The position numbers and the translations under genes were made by a program. From assembly GCA_963791045.1 (NCBI GenBank), contig CAWBQK010000013.1:270933-334932 (forward strand): a DNA stretch of 64,000 nucleotides, read 5' to 3'. Every line of letters starts with the position of its first letter. Position 1 is the stretch's first letter. Source of the DNA: Candidatus Latescibacterota bacterium. GTDB lineage: Bacteria > Krumholzibacteriota > Krumholzibacteriia > WVZY01. The notes beneath the pieces were generated by a model. The model worked only from the letters and a program-made list of their open reading frames with translations. It was not told the origin of the DNA and searched no databases. Of this stretch, positions 29,565 to 39,324 are shown piece by piece.

Positions 29565-30919
29565 CGAGGAGAGCCTGCATCCTTGCCGTCCTGATCATCT
29601 TTTCGTTATCCACCCCGCGGGGGGCCGCGCCGGTTCATTCGCAAACGACTCCGGACGCCCCCGTCGACACACTGCAGCTTGGACTCGACGACGCGATCCG
29701 GATTGCGCTGCAGAACAACGAGGAAATAGGGATCGCCGAGGCCGGGCTCGACCGGGCCAAAGGGACCAAGAAGCAGGCCACGGCGGCGGCACTTCCCCAT
29801 CTGGGATTCAGCGCAAGATATACGAGGAACATCCAGATACCGGTGATCTTTTTCAACGATCCTGCATCCAACGAAGTCATTCCAATTGAGATCGGCCAGG
29901 CAAACGATTATCTGATGAACTTCTCGCTCGACCAGGTCGTCTACGCTTTCGGCCGGGTTGGCGGCGCGATCAAGGCGGCGGACTATTATCTCAAGAGCAA
30001 TGAGGCGGCGCTTGAGTCGACGAAACAAGACGTGAGACTCCAAACAGAGGTCGCCTATTACGACGCTCTGTTTGCCGTGGAAGTCCGGCGGATCGCAATC
30101 CAGTCCCTGGACGCAGCAGAAAAACACTTCGAAGAAACAAAACGAAAACTGCGGCAAAACATGTCGTCACGATTCGACTCGGTCCGCGCGGAAGTCGAAG
30201 TCAAAAACCGTGAACCGGAGGTTCTCAACGCGGAGAACGCGATACGGATCGCTCGCCTCAATCTCAAGAGAGTTATGGGCATAGATCGGACTATTCCGAT
30301 CGCGCTCACCGACACGCTGGTCTTCGAGCCCGAAGTCTATTCGCTGGATGAAGCGATCAGGGAGGCACAAATCGCGCGGCCGGACATCCAGGCGCTTCGG
30401 CTCCACGTCGCGATGACCGACAAACTTTACAGTGTTCAGAAACGCTGGAATCTCCCGTATCTTTCGCTGTTCGGAAGCTACAACTTTCAGGCCCAGACGT
30501 CGAACGATCTCATTCCGCCGAGTGACTCGTTCATCAAAAGTTTTGGCCTCGGGCTCTCACTCACTTTTCCAATCTTCGACGGGCTGGAGAACCGCGGAAA
30601 AGTCGCCCAGGCGCAGGCCGATCTCTCCGCCGCCAAGTACACTCTGAAGAGGTTGGAAAATGTCGTAGCGCTCGCCATCAATGAACTCTACGATCAGATG
30701 GGAGCCGAAGAAAAGAACCTGAGAAGCCAACAGGCCACCGTGGGGATGGCGGAAGAAGCATACCGCCTCGCGCTGGTACGGTTTACGAACGGCCTGTCTA
30801 CAAACCTCGAACTCGAAGATACCGAACTCGCGCTTACCAGCTCGCGGCTGAATTATTCCGAGGCGGTTTACCGCTACATGGTCGCCAAGAAACGATTCGA
30901 ATACGCAATGGGTCACTAG
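29561..30919 (+). CDS. TolC-family outer membrane factor
   Basis: Signal peptide, LSLTFPIFDG, helical repeats; ATGA overlap with tetR. Confidence 0.88.
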   Translation: MTRRACILAVLIIFSLSTPRGAAPVHSQTTPDAPVDTLQLGLDDAIRIALQNNEEIGIAEAGLDRAKGTKKQATAAALPHLGFSARYTRNIQIPVIFFNDPASNEVIPIEIGQANDYLMNFSLDQVVYAFGRVGGAIKAADYYLKSNEAALESTKQDVRLQTEVAYYDALFAVEVRRIAIQSLDAAEKHFEETKRKLRQNMSSRFDSVRAEVEVKNREPEVLNAENAIRIARLNLKRVMGIDRTIPIALTDTLVFEPEVYSLDEAIREAQIARPDIQALRLHVAMTDKLYSVQKRWNLPYLSLFGSYNFQAQTSNDLIPPSDSFIKSFGLGLSLTFPIFDGLENRGKVAQAQADLSAAKYTLKRLENVVALAINELYDQMGAEEKNLRSQQATVGMAEEAYRLALVRFTNGLSTNLELEDTELALTSSRLNYSEAVYRYMVAKKRFEYAMGH

Positions 30920-30944
30920 TCACTAGTGGTGAGGAGCCATTCAG

Positions 30945-32057
30945 ATGAAATCCAAACGGGTTGCGATAATTGTCATTGTGGCGGTCGTGGGACTGCTTTC
31001 CGCCCTTTTTGCCTGGCGCTTCATGGGATTGAAGGACCGGACGGCGGCGAAGAGCATCGATGAAATACAGACCGAGGAAGGGATCCCTGTCGATGTTTAT
31101 ATCGCGGGCAAAAGCACCGTGTCGATGCATCTCGAAATCATGGGGAGTGTCCGCGGCGTCGAGCAGGTCAATATTACGAGTTCGCTCGCCATCGATATTA
31201 CGGGCATCGCGAAACGCGAGGGCGATGTTGTAAAGAAAGGCGATGTCATTATCAAGCTAGCCCGAGACCGCCGCGGCAAAGCCTACCACCAGTACACGAT
31301 GGCGAAACAGGCGCTCGACAATGCAAAACTCGACCTGGAGCGGATGGAGAATCTTTTTTCGGAAGGCGCCGTTTCCGGACAAGCGCTCGAACAGGCTCGT
31401 CTCGCGTACGAAAACGCCAAGGCTCAGTACGACCAGGCGGCCTCGGTCGTCGACCTGGTAAGCCCCATCGACGGCGTCGTCACAATGATAAACGCGACCG
31501 TGGGGTCGCAGGCCTCACCGGGAATCCCTCTTGCGACCGTGGCATCAATCGGCAAAATGCAGGTCCGTTGCCAGGTCGGTTACGATGAAGTTTCGCAACT
31601 CAGCGTCGGACAGACGGCGTATGTCGAGATTCCATCCAGCTCCGGTCGCTCCAGATCCACGGGCGGACAGAGCGAATCGATCGAAGGAAAAGTAACACGC
31701 GTATCTCTGTCCTCCGATCCGAACTCGAGACTCTTTCTCGTTGAAGTAACCGTCGATAACCCGGAGGGCAAACTGAGGTCCGGAGTCATCACAACGGCGT
31801 CCGTTCTCGTCGATGAAAAGGACGATGTCATCGCAATCCCAGCCGAAGCCCTGCTCGAACGCGGGGGCAAATTATTTATTTATAAAGTCGACTCGAACCG
31901 TGCGGCGCTCACGGAGGTGACTTACGGGATGGATAACGGCACTCTGCTCGAAATGCGTTCCGGGGTCGCCGAAGGAGATACCGTCGTTGTTCGGGGACAG
32001 CACCAATTGACCGACCAGGTCCGCTTGAAGCTTCACAGCGTCGAAAGGAATGACTAA
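30945..32057 (+). CDS. RND efflux periplasmic adaptor (MFP)
   Basis: N-terminal anchor, EGDVVKKGD, SPIDGVV, GDTVVVRG. Confidence 0.88.
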   Translation: MKSKRVAIIVIVAVVGLLSALFAWRFMGLKDRTAAKSIDEIQTEEGIPVDVYIAGKSTVSMHLEIMGSVRGVEQVNITSSLAIDITGIAKREGDVVKKGDVIIKLARDRRGKAYHQYTMAKQALDNAKLDLERMENLFSEGAVSGQALEQARLAYENAKAQYDQAASVVDLVSPIDGVVTMINATVGSQASPGIPLATVASIGKMQVRCQVGYDEVSQLSVGQTAYVEIPSSSGRSRSTGGQSESIEGKVTRVSLSSDPNSRLFLVEVTVDNPEGKLRSGVITTASVLVDEKDDVIAIPAEALLERGGKLFIYKVDSNRAALTEVTYGMDNGTLLEMRSGVAEGDTVVVRGQHQLTDQVRLKLHSVERND

Positions 32058-32060
32058 GCG

Positions 32061-35000
32061 ATGTTTCTCGCCCGCATGGCAGTTCGCAAACCCGTACTGA
32101 CGACAATGATCGTTTTGTCGTTCGTGGTCCTTGGTTTCTTCTCCTGGCAGCGACTCGTTGTCGATATGCTGCCCGAAGTGGATTTCCCCTATGTGACGAT
32201 TACCACGATCTATCCCGGCGCCGGTCCGTCTGAGGTCGAAACTCAGATAACCAAAAGGATCGAGGACGAGGTCAGCACGATCGCGAATCTCAAATCGCTC
32301 GATTCGATCTCGCGCGAAAATCTGTCGCTGGTCATTCTTGAATTCGAGCTCGGTGTAAACGTCGATATCGCCGCAATCGAAGTCAAGGATAAGGTAGACG
32401 CGATCTTCTCCGATTTTCCCGATGACGCCGACCCGCCTGTAATCGCCAAGTTCGACATAAACGCGACGCCGATTATATACCTCGCTATCTCGAGCACGCG
32501 GCCGCCCGAAGAGGTCTACCAGACCACCAAGAACGAGATAAAAGATTTCCTGTCACGAGTGGATGGGGTGGCATCGATCGAGATCACCGGGGGCCGCGAA
32601 CGCGAAATCCAGGTCGCCGTTGACAAAAAGCTTCTCAAATCGTACGGACTGTCTCTCGTCGAGATCGTGGGCGCGATCGCTTCCGAAAATATCAATGTTC
32701 CCACCGGCAGAATCACGGAGACCCGCCAGGAGTTCACCCTGAGACTGCTCGGCGAGTTCAAAAGCCTCCGCGAAATGAGGAGAATCCGGATCCCCATCGA
32801 GAACGGTTCGATACCTCTCGAGAACGTGGCTGAAATCATTGACGGCTTCAAGGACCAGAGATCGCTGGCCCGTTTCAACCGCGAGACCACCGTCCAGGTG
32901 TCGATCCAGAAAAGGTCCGGCGCGAACACCGTCGAGGTTTCCGACGGCATCTACGCGGCGCTCGAAGAATTAAGGGAACTCGTTCCTTCGGATTACAATA
33001 TTGCCGTGGCCCAGGATGAATCGAACTTTATCAAGGACGCCGTAAAAGACGTCACCCAGAATATCTTTCTCGGCATCTTACTGACCACGGTGCTCTTGTA
33101 TCTCTTTCTCCACAACATCCGTGTCACCCTGGTAGCCGCGGTGGCAATGCCGACATCGGTTATCGCCACGTTTCTACTTATCGACAGCGCCGGGTTTACC
33201 CTCAATATTCTTACACTTATGGCGCTCGGTATAACCGTCGGTGTCCTCGTCACCAACGCGATTGTCGTTCTCGAGAACATAATCCGCCACCTCCAGATGG
33301 GCAAATCCCCAGACGAAGCCGCCATTGACGGCACGACCGAAATCGCCGTGGCCGTCGTCGCCAGCACGTTGACAAATATTGTTGTTTTTACCCCGATCGC
33401 ATTCATGAGCGGTATAATCGGACAATTTTTCTTTCAGTTTGGTCTCACCGTCGTATTCGCGACGCTCTTTTCTCTCCTCGTGTCGTTCACGCTGACGCCG
33501 CTCCTGGCAAGCCGCTTTTTCGAAAGCTCCAAGATCGAAGTTGGTGATGAGGAGGGCTCTTCGATACATCACTCGCCAAGGAAAATCGCTCTGTTCGATA
33601 GGTTTGAAACGGCGTGGGATAGTTTTTATAACGGGCTCGAATCCCTCTACAAGGGGAGTCTCATATGGGCATTGAGACGCCGGTTCATCACGATTCTATT
33701 TGCCGTGGCGCTTCTTGCCTTTTCGTTCTTCATCTTCAATAATCTCGGCGGCGAATTCATGCCGACGCTCGACGAGGGATTCATCACCATAAAGATCGAA
33801 ACACCCGCGGGGAGCAACCTCGAAGAAACCAACCGTGTGCTCCAACAGGTGGAAGAGATTCTTGAAAATGAGCCGGAAACGGTGTCGATCCTCGCATCGG
33901 TCGGCGGAGCAAACCTCGGTGTCGAGGATGGGACGATTATTCTGAAGGTAGTGGCGAAGTCCGAGCGCGAATTAGGAATCATTGACTATACGAACTCGCT
34001 CAAGCCGAAACTTGCCGGGATACCCGGCGCCAAGATCCGTCTCTCGGTAGGAGCGGGAGGCGGCGGTGGGGACGAGGGAGACATCTCTCTCGAACTTACC
34101 GGGCCGGACCTCGACGTACTGGAGACCTTCTCCAAAGAGATCCTTGATTCGGTTATGACCGTGCGCGGTCTGGCGGGAATCAAATCGAGCGTGGAGGCGG
34201 AAAAACCCGAGTTGATTTTTGTTCCCGACCGCAAGCAACTCGATCGCTTTGGTTTGAACTCCGCCATGGTAGCGATGGCGCTTCGCACCGGCTACGAAGG
34301 CGAGATCGCGTCGCTCTACCGCGAGTCCGACGAGGAATATGACATTCGAGTGAGATACAGTGAGCCGGACAGAAGAAACCGGGAATCTTTCTATTCGACC
34401 GAAATCAAGACAGACAACGGCAATGTGCCCCTCACCCAGCTCGGTGACATCGTCGTGGGCACATCTCCCGGTGAAATACTCCGTAAGGATCGGCAAAGAC
34501 TCGTCAGGATCGACGCGACGGTGGCAAGCAAGACCCTGTCAGAGTTGGTCGCCGAGATCCAGGTAAAGCTCAAAGACCTCGACCTGCCCCCCGCATACCG
34601 CCTGGACTACGGCGGGATGTATGAGTTTCAGCAGGAATCGTTCGCGTCGATGTTCCAGGCCCTGTTTCTCGCCATCTTATTGACCTACATGGTGCTCGCC
34701 GCCGTTCTCGAGTCCTTCGTTCATCCCATTACCGTCATGATGACGCTGCCGCTCGGTCTCGTAGGAATGGCGTTCGGACTGTTCCTCACTGGCCAGTCGA
34801 TCAATATCTTCTCCCTGATGGCGTTTATCATGCTCGTCGGCATCGTGGTCAACAACGCCATCCTGCTCCTCGACTATACGGGCGTACTCCGCAAAAAAGG
34901 AATGTCGCGACGGGAGGCGTTGATCGAGGCGTGCCCGGTGCGGCTCCGCCCGATCATTATCGCGAACATGGCGATTGCCATCGGGATGCTTCCTCAGGCG

Positions 35001-35129
35001 CTCGGCGGCGCGGGGAGTGAGTTCAGATCGGTGATGGCGGTGGTGACGATGGGCGGCGTTCTGGTGTCGGCGGTCTTCACCATGTACCTGATCCCGGTGA
35101 TCTACGACCTCCTCGACCGCGGCAAATAG
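32061..35129 (+). CDS. RND efflux permease (AcrB/MdtC-like)
   Basis: PEVDFP, NAIVVLENI, SFTLTP, GIVVNNAILLLD, RLRPII. Confidence 0.92.
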   Translation: MFLARMAVRKPVLTTMIVLSFVVLGFFSWQRLVVDMLPEVDFPYVTITTIYPGAGPSEVETQITKRIEDEVSTIANLKSLDSISRENLSLVILEFELGVNVDIAAIEVKDKVDAIFSDFPDDADPPVIAKFDINATPIIYLAISSTRPPEEVYQTTKNEIKDFLSRVDGVASIEITGGREREIQVAVDKKLLKSYGLSLVEIVGAIASENINVPTGRITETRQEFTLRLLGEFKSLREMRRIRIPIENGSIPLENVAEIIDGFKDQRSLARFNRETTVQVSIQKRSGANTVEVSDGIYAALEELRELVPSDYNIAVAQDESNFIKDAVKDVTQNIFLGILLTTVLLYLFLHNIRVTLVAAVAMPTSVIATFLLIDSAGFTLNILTLMALGITVGVLVTNAIVVLENIIRHLQMGKSPDEAAIDGTTEIAVAVVASTLTNIVVFTPIAFMSGIIGQFFFQFGLTVVFATLFSLLVSFTLTPLLASRFFESSKIEVGDEEGSSIHHSPRKIALFDRFETAWDSFYNGLESLYKGSLIWALRRRFITILFAVALLAFSFFIFNNLGGEFMPTLDEGFITIKIETPAGSNLEETNRVLQQVEEILENEPETVSILASVGGANLGVEDGTIILKVVAKSERELGIIDYTNSLKPKLAGIPGAKIRLSVGAGGGGGDEGDISLELTGPDLDVLETFSKEILDSVMTVRGLAGIKSSVEAEKPELIFVPDRKQLDRFGLNSAMVAMALRTGYEGEIASLYRESDEEYDIRVRYSEPDRRNRESFYSTEIKTDNGNVPLTQLGDIVVGTSPGEILRKDRQRLVRIDATVASKTLSELVAEIQVKLKDLDLPPAYRLDYGGMYEFQQESFASMFQALFLAILLTYMVLAAVLESFVHPITVMMTLPLGLVGMAFGLFLTGQSINIFSLMAFIMLVGIVVNNAILLLDYTGVLRKKGMSRREALIEACPVRLRPIIIANMAIAIGMLPQALGGAGSEFRSVMAVVTMGGVLVSAVFTMYLIPVIYDLLDRGK

Positions 35130-35145
35130 AAACCTCCAATACATT

Positions 35146-38142
35146 TCAGCGACAGGACCCACGCCGGGGCGCCGCCCACGATCGGGCTATTTCTCGGGCT
35201 TCCGGCGTGACCGTCAGAGTCACGCGTTCGCCGTCGCGGAGGACGACCACCGTGACCGGCTCACCGATTTTCACGCCGCCCAGCGCATACGTATAGTCAT
35301 AAATATTCGTAATCGTCTGACCGGCGAATTCGACGATTACATCGCCACCCTGGAGCCCCGCCTTGTCCGCCGGTCCACCCCCGCTGACACCGGTCAGTTT
35401 CACACCCTCCATATCTTCCGCCGCGTAGTCCGGAATCGTCCCAAGATAAGCGGTGAGCGACCCCCGCGACCCCATCTGTGATTTCGACTTCTCGACTTTG
35501 ACATAGTCCGGGCGGTCGGGACGGATTAACAGGTCTGCGACGACCAAACGCGCAAACCTGCCGATCCGAACCATATCGTCATACTCTAGCGTCTCCGGAT
35601 CGTCGGACGGTTTGTTGTAATCACTATGAACCCCGGTAAAGAAGCTCACGATCGGTATTTCCTTTGGATAAAACGACGTCACGTCTTCCGGCAGATACGG
35701 GTCCGACTGCATCGTCAGGTTAAACCCCGCAACGACGTTTCTTTTTTCCATGATCTCGGGCCATATGTTCGAAGAGCCGACACCCTGGACAGTGAGCTTG
35801 TTTTCACGAAGCCGGCCCACCATATCAAAATTGACATAGGCGGCGATTTTCTCGAGAGGGAACGGCGGGTTTTCGACAAAAAAGGATGACCCGATAAGAC
35901 CCATTTCCTCGCCCGACCAGAAACCAATCATCAATCCGCGCCTGAACGCGTCAGGATTTGTCTTCTGCTCCTCGGCAAACGCCGCGGCAAGCTCCATCAC
36001 CATCGATGTCCCCGACGCATTGTCATCCGCTCCATTGTGGATCTGCCCCTGCTGGTCCTTGTCGGCAAGCGAGCCAATCTCGCCGTGCCCAATGTGATCG
36101 TAATGCGCCCCAATTATGACAAACTCGGCATCCTCCATCCCCGTCGACGGTGGAATCATGCCTATCACGTTACGGTCGCTTCTCTTCTCCCTCTCGACTC
36201 CCGTCGCCAGCTTCACGGTCACGCCGGCAAGCTCAAATGTCCCCTCGACGTGCGGGCTTTCCAGATCGAGCTGGGACTGGACGTCATCGAGTGTCTTATC
36301 CGAACCGGCAAAAAGAAGATCGGCGACACGGCCGCTGACCGACGCGATGGGAATCCCCGAGCTCGCGGAGCTCTGGTCGAACTTGAGCGGAATGAGTGTA
36401 CCCGGGTCATAGGATGTCGGCCCCGTAACGACAAGAAGCGCCTTTGCTCCACGCTCACGCGCAACCATCGCCTTGTACCGGAGTCCCGCATAGTGATTGA
36501 GTTCCTGCCGTCTCTCAACATCCGCTTCTTCGGGGACATAACGGAGAACGAGGACTATTTTGTCTTTAACATCTATACCGCCGTACGAATCATAACCGTG
36601 CTCGAGATCACCGGGAACGCTCAGCCCATACCCGGCAAAAACGACGGCACCTTCGACCTCATCGCTCGCCGAGAACGCCAGGGGACGGAAAGCCTCGCCG
36701 AGAACAAACGATTCGCTCTCGCCTTCTTTGGGTGAAACGCTCAATGCGCACTCGTCCTCGATGATCTTCATCCCCGAGGTGAAGGGAAATTCCTGAAAAA
36801 ACGTCCCGTCGTCGCCCAGAGGCTCTATTCCAATCTCCGCGAGATAACCGGCGAGATAGTCCGACGTGAGCTTCGTTCCCTTTGAACCCGTCAGTCGGCC
36901 TTCCATCCTGTCGGACGCAATAAACCCAACTTCCTCACGAAAATCGGCGGCCGTGATTTCCGCGGTCAGACCCTTCTCTCTCCCCTCGCGCATCGGCGCG
37001 GCCGCCAACGCGGCCAGGGCCGCGTCGTGATCCCAGTCGGCTATGAAAATCTGCGACTTCTTGTCGGCCGTCCGGTTCGATGTCCACGACAGACGCTTGC
37101 CATCAGGGGAAAACACGGGAAGACCGTCGAAGCCATCTGTATACGTGACCCGTACGGGCTCGCGGGTTCCGAGGGCGTCAACCATGTAGACTTCGAAGTT
37201 CGAGAATCCAAGTTTGTTGGATGCAAAGACCACATACTCGCCGGATGGATGGAAATACGGAGCCCATGACATCGCGTCGAACTCAGTCAAACGCCTGCGA
37301 TCGGACCCATCGAGACGCATGGTATAGATGTCGGCGAGCATCCCGCTTTCGTCAAAGTGACGCCAGACGATCCGCTTGCCGTCGGGTGTAAAAAACGGTC
37401 CCCCATCGTAACCCGGCCAATCGGTCAATCGGGTCTGCCCGGAGCCGTCCGCGTTCATAATGTAGATCTCGGCAAAATAGGCCGTGTCCATTTCCAGCCG
37501 CTTCTTATCCTTGTCGGAAAGTTTGTCGGCGGGATAGCCGTCACGGATCGAGCAAAAAACGATTTTGTTTCCATCAGGCGAATATGCTCCTTCGGCATCA
37601 TAACCGACAGCATCGGTCAGTCGCACGGAAGCGCTTCCATCCCGTTTCGTCGCGAAGATGTCAAAGTGTTCGTCGTAGTCCCACGAATAGCGTCGCTCCT
37701 TGCCCGATTCGCGAAATTCGATCTCGGCTTTTTGTTTGGCCTCGGCTTCGGGATCGAGATGGGTCGAGGCAAATAGAACCTCATCGGTTCCCGGCCGGAA
37801 AAACGCGCATGTGGTTTTGCCGGTTCCGGGAGACACGCGGTGGGTGTCACCCGATTCGAAATCGAGGATATAAATTTGATAAAACGGATTCGTGGACTCA
37901 CGTTCACTCTGAAATATCAAATGTTTGCCGTCTTCGGAGAAATAACCCTCACCGGCGCGTTTACCCTGGTAAAGAAGCTGCCGGCCATTGGAGAGAAAAC
38001 TCTGATCGCCGGAATCATCGCTTTGCGGTGTATCGGCCGCGTCTGCGTGGCCGAACGCCGCAAACCCGGAATCGATACCGGCAAACGCGCCCAGGCACAA
38101 CGCCGCCACAATAAGAATGATTCCCATAAACTTGAGAGCCAT
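35146..38142 (-). CDS. Secreted M28 aminopeptidase with TolB-like PD40 propeller, PA and PDZ domains
   Basis: FSPDG repeats; GAHYDHIG, NGADDNASG, WSGEEMGL, NFDMVG; C-terminal YLGTIPD...GPADKAGL. Confidence 0.9.
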   Translation of the reverse strand: MALKFMGIILIVAALCLGAFAGIDSGFAAFGHADAADTPQSDDSGDQSFLSNGRQLLYQGKRAGEGYFSEDGKHLIFQSERESTNPFYQIYILDFESGDTHRVSPGTGKTTCAFFRPGTDEVLFASTHLDPEAEAKQKAEIEFRESGKERRYSWDYDEHFDIFATKRDGSASVRLTDAVGYDAEGAYSPDGNKIVFCSIRDGYPADKLSDKDKKRLEMDTAYFAEIYIMNADGSGQTRLTDWPGYDGGPFFTPDGKRIVWRHFDESGMLADIYTMRLDGSDRRRLTEFDAMSWAPYFHPSGEYVVFASNKLGFSNFEVYMVDALGTREPVRVTYTDGFDGLPVFSPDGKRLSWTSNRTADKKSQIFIADWDHDAALAALAAAPMREGREKGLTAEITAADFREEVGFIASDRMEGRLTGSKGTKLTSDYLAGYLAEIGIEPLGDDGTFFQEFPFTSGMKIIEDECALSVSPKEGESESFVLGEAFRPLAFSASDEVEGAVVFAGYGLSVPGDLEHGYDSYGGIDVKDKIVLVLRYVPEEADVERRQELNHYAGLRYKAMVARERGAKALLVVTGPTSYDPGTLIPLKFDQSSASSGIPIASVSGRVADLLFAGSDKTLDDVQSQLDLESPHVEGTFELAGVTVKLATGVEREKRSDRNVIGMIPPSTGMEDAEFVIIGAHYDHIGHGEIGSLADKDQQGQIHNGADDNASGTSMVMELAAAFAEEQKTNPDAFRRGLMIGFWSGEEMGLIGSSFFVENPPFPLEKIAAYVNFDMVGRLRENKLTVQGVGSSNIWPEIMEKRNVVAGFNLTMQSDPYLPEDVTSFYPKEIPIVSFFTGVHSDYNKPSDDPETLEYDDMVRIGRFARLVVADLLIRPDRPDYVKVEKSKSQMGSRGSLTAYLGTIPDYAAEDMEGVKLTGVSGGGPADKAGLQGGDVIVEFAGQTITNIYDYTYALGGVKIGEPVTVVVLRDGERVTLTVTPEAREIARSWAAPRRGSCR

Positions 38143-38247
38143 GAGTCTCCTCCAATCGTTTTAGATTCTGGTCATCCGATGTCGGTTTTGAGATGTATTC
38201 GCGTGGAATCTGCTACTGGTAAGAAATACTAAAGGTCGGGGCAGAAG

Positions 38248-38916
38248 TCAATCGGAGCCCAAGGCCCTCTCGATCTCGACGAAAACGGCCTCAATAGTCT
38301 GGTCGCCATTGACTTCGATCAAAACGCCCTTTTTGGCATAGTATTCGACGAGAGGCGCAGTTTGCTCGTGATATACCCGGATGCGGTTTTCGATTGTTTC
38401 CCGAGTGTCATCCGCCCGACCCCGGTTGAGCAAACGGGTGAGAAGGACCTCATCGGCAACTGAGAGATTGATGGCTATCAATCCCGGGGTTCCCCTCTTC
38501 GACAGAATCTCGTCCAGCCCGCCGGACTGAGCGAGGGTTCTGGGGAACCCGTCGAGGATGAATCCCTTTTCGCAATCGGGCTCTTTCAGCCGGGTCTCGA
38601 CCAGATCGAGAACGATTTCATCCGAGACGAGATCGCCTCGCTCGATGACAGCCTTGACCTTTCTGCCGAGGTCCGTGTCTTTCTCGATTTCGGAACGGAG
38701 AACCGCCCCGGTGGAAATATGGGATATTCCGAAAGATTCGGCGATTTTCTTGGCCTGGGTTCCTTTGCCGGCCCCCGGAGGCCCCATGATAACGAGTTGA
38801 AGGGGAGACGGGGTCGACGCATTGTCCAACTCGGCGGCCCCGGAAGAATCATTGCTCTGACAGGCCCCGGCAAACACCATGATCAGCGGGATCAAACCAT
38901 AGAGGCAGCCTTTCAC
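38248..38916 (-). CDS. adk: Adenylate kinase (short, LID-less) with N-terminal lipoprotein signal
   Basis: GPPGAGKGTQA, HISTG, ILDGFPRT, RGRADD; N-terminal MKG, hydrophobic stretch, FAGAC; RBS GAGGAG before GTG. Confidence 0.85.
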   Translation of the reverse strand: MKGCLYGLIPLIMVFAGACQSNDSSGAAELDNASTPSPLQLVIMGPPGAGKGTQAKKIAESFGISHISTGAVLRSEIEKDTDLGRKVKAVIERGDLVSDEIVLDLVETRLKEPDCEKGFILDGFPRTLAQSGGLDEILSKRGTPGLIAINLSVADEVLLTRLLNRGRADDTRETIENRIRVYHEQTAPLVEYYAKKGVLIEVNGDQTIEAVFVEIERALGSD

Positions 38917-38993
38917 AATATTCTCTCCTCTTCTTCGCTTCCAGGCCGTTACGTTCTTGAATTTTCAAGGCAGCCACCGTACTCAACACCTGA

Positions 38994-39305
38994 CTATACC
39001 ATACGTTCGACATCCACCTGGAACGCCCGGATTGGATGGGTACAGTCGTCTTCGACTTCCTCCTTATCGGGCAGCCCGGCGATGGCATCGAGGATCTTGC
39101 TGGCTCGCTCCGTCGGAAGGATCGCAAAGTGAAGCCTCGAGTATGCAGGAATATCGCTCGACGGCCACCATCCGTGCTTTTCGAGCTCGCACAATGTGTG
39201 ACCGGTAATTTCCGTCTCGCTAAATATGTGAACGCCGTGCTCTTTGAAAAGCTTTCTGATCTTTTCCGTGTCTTCGATCAAGCCCATAACACCGATGAGT
39301 TTCAT
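38994..39305 (-). CDS. Small putative PII/GlnB-like-fold protein at the end of an RND operon
   Basis: 103 aa, RBS GAGGAGG; beta-alpha-beta pattern ending IRAFQVDVERMV. Fold assignment is inferred. Confidence 0.6.
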   Translation of the reverse strand: MKLIGVMGLIEDTEKIRKLFKEHGVHIFSETEITGHTLCELEKHGWWPSSDIPAYSRLHFAILPTERASKILDAIAGLPDKEEVEDDCTHPIRAFQVDVERMV

Positions 39306-39324
39306 CCCGGCCTCCTCAGATGAG

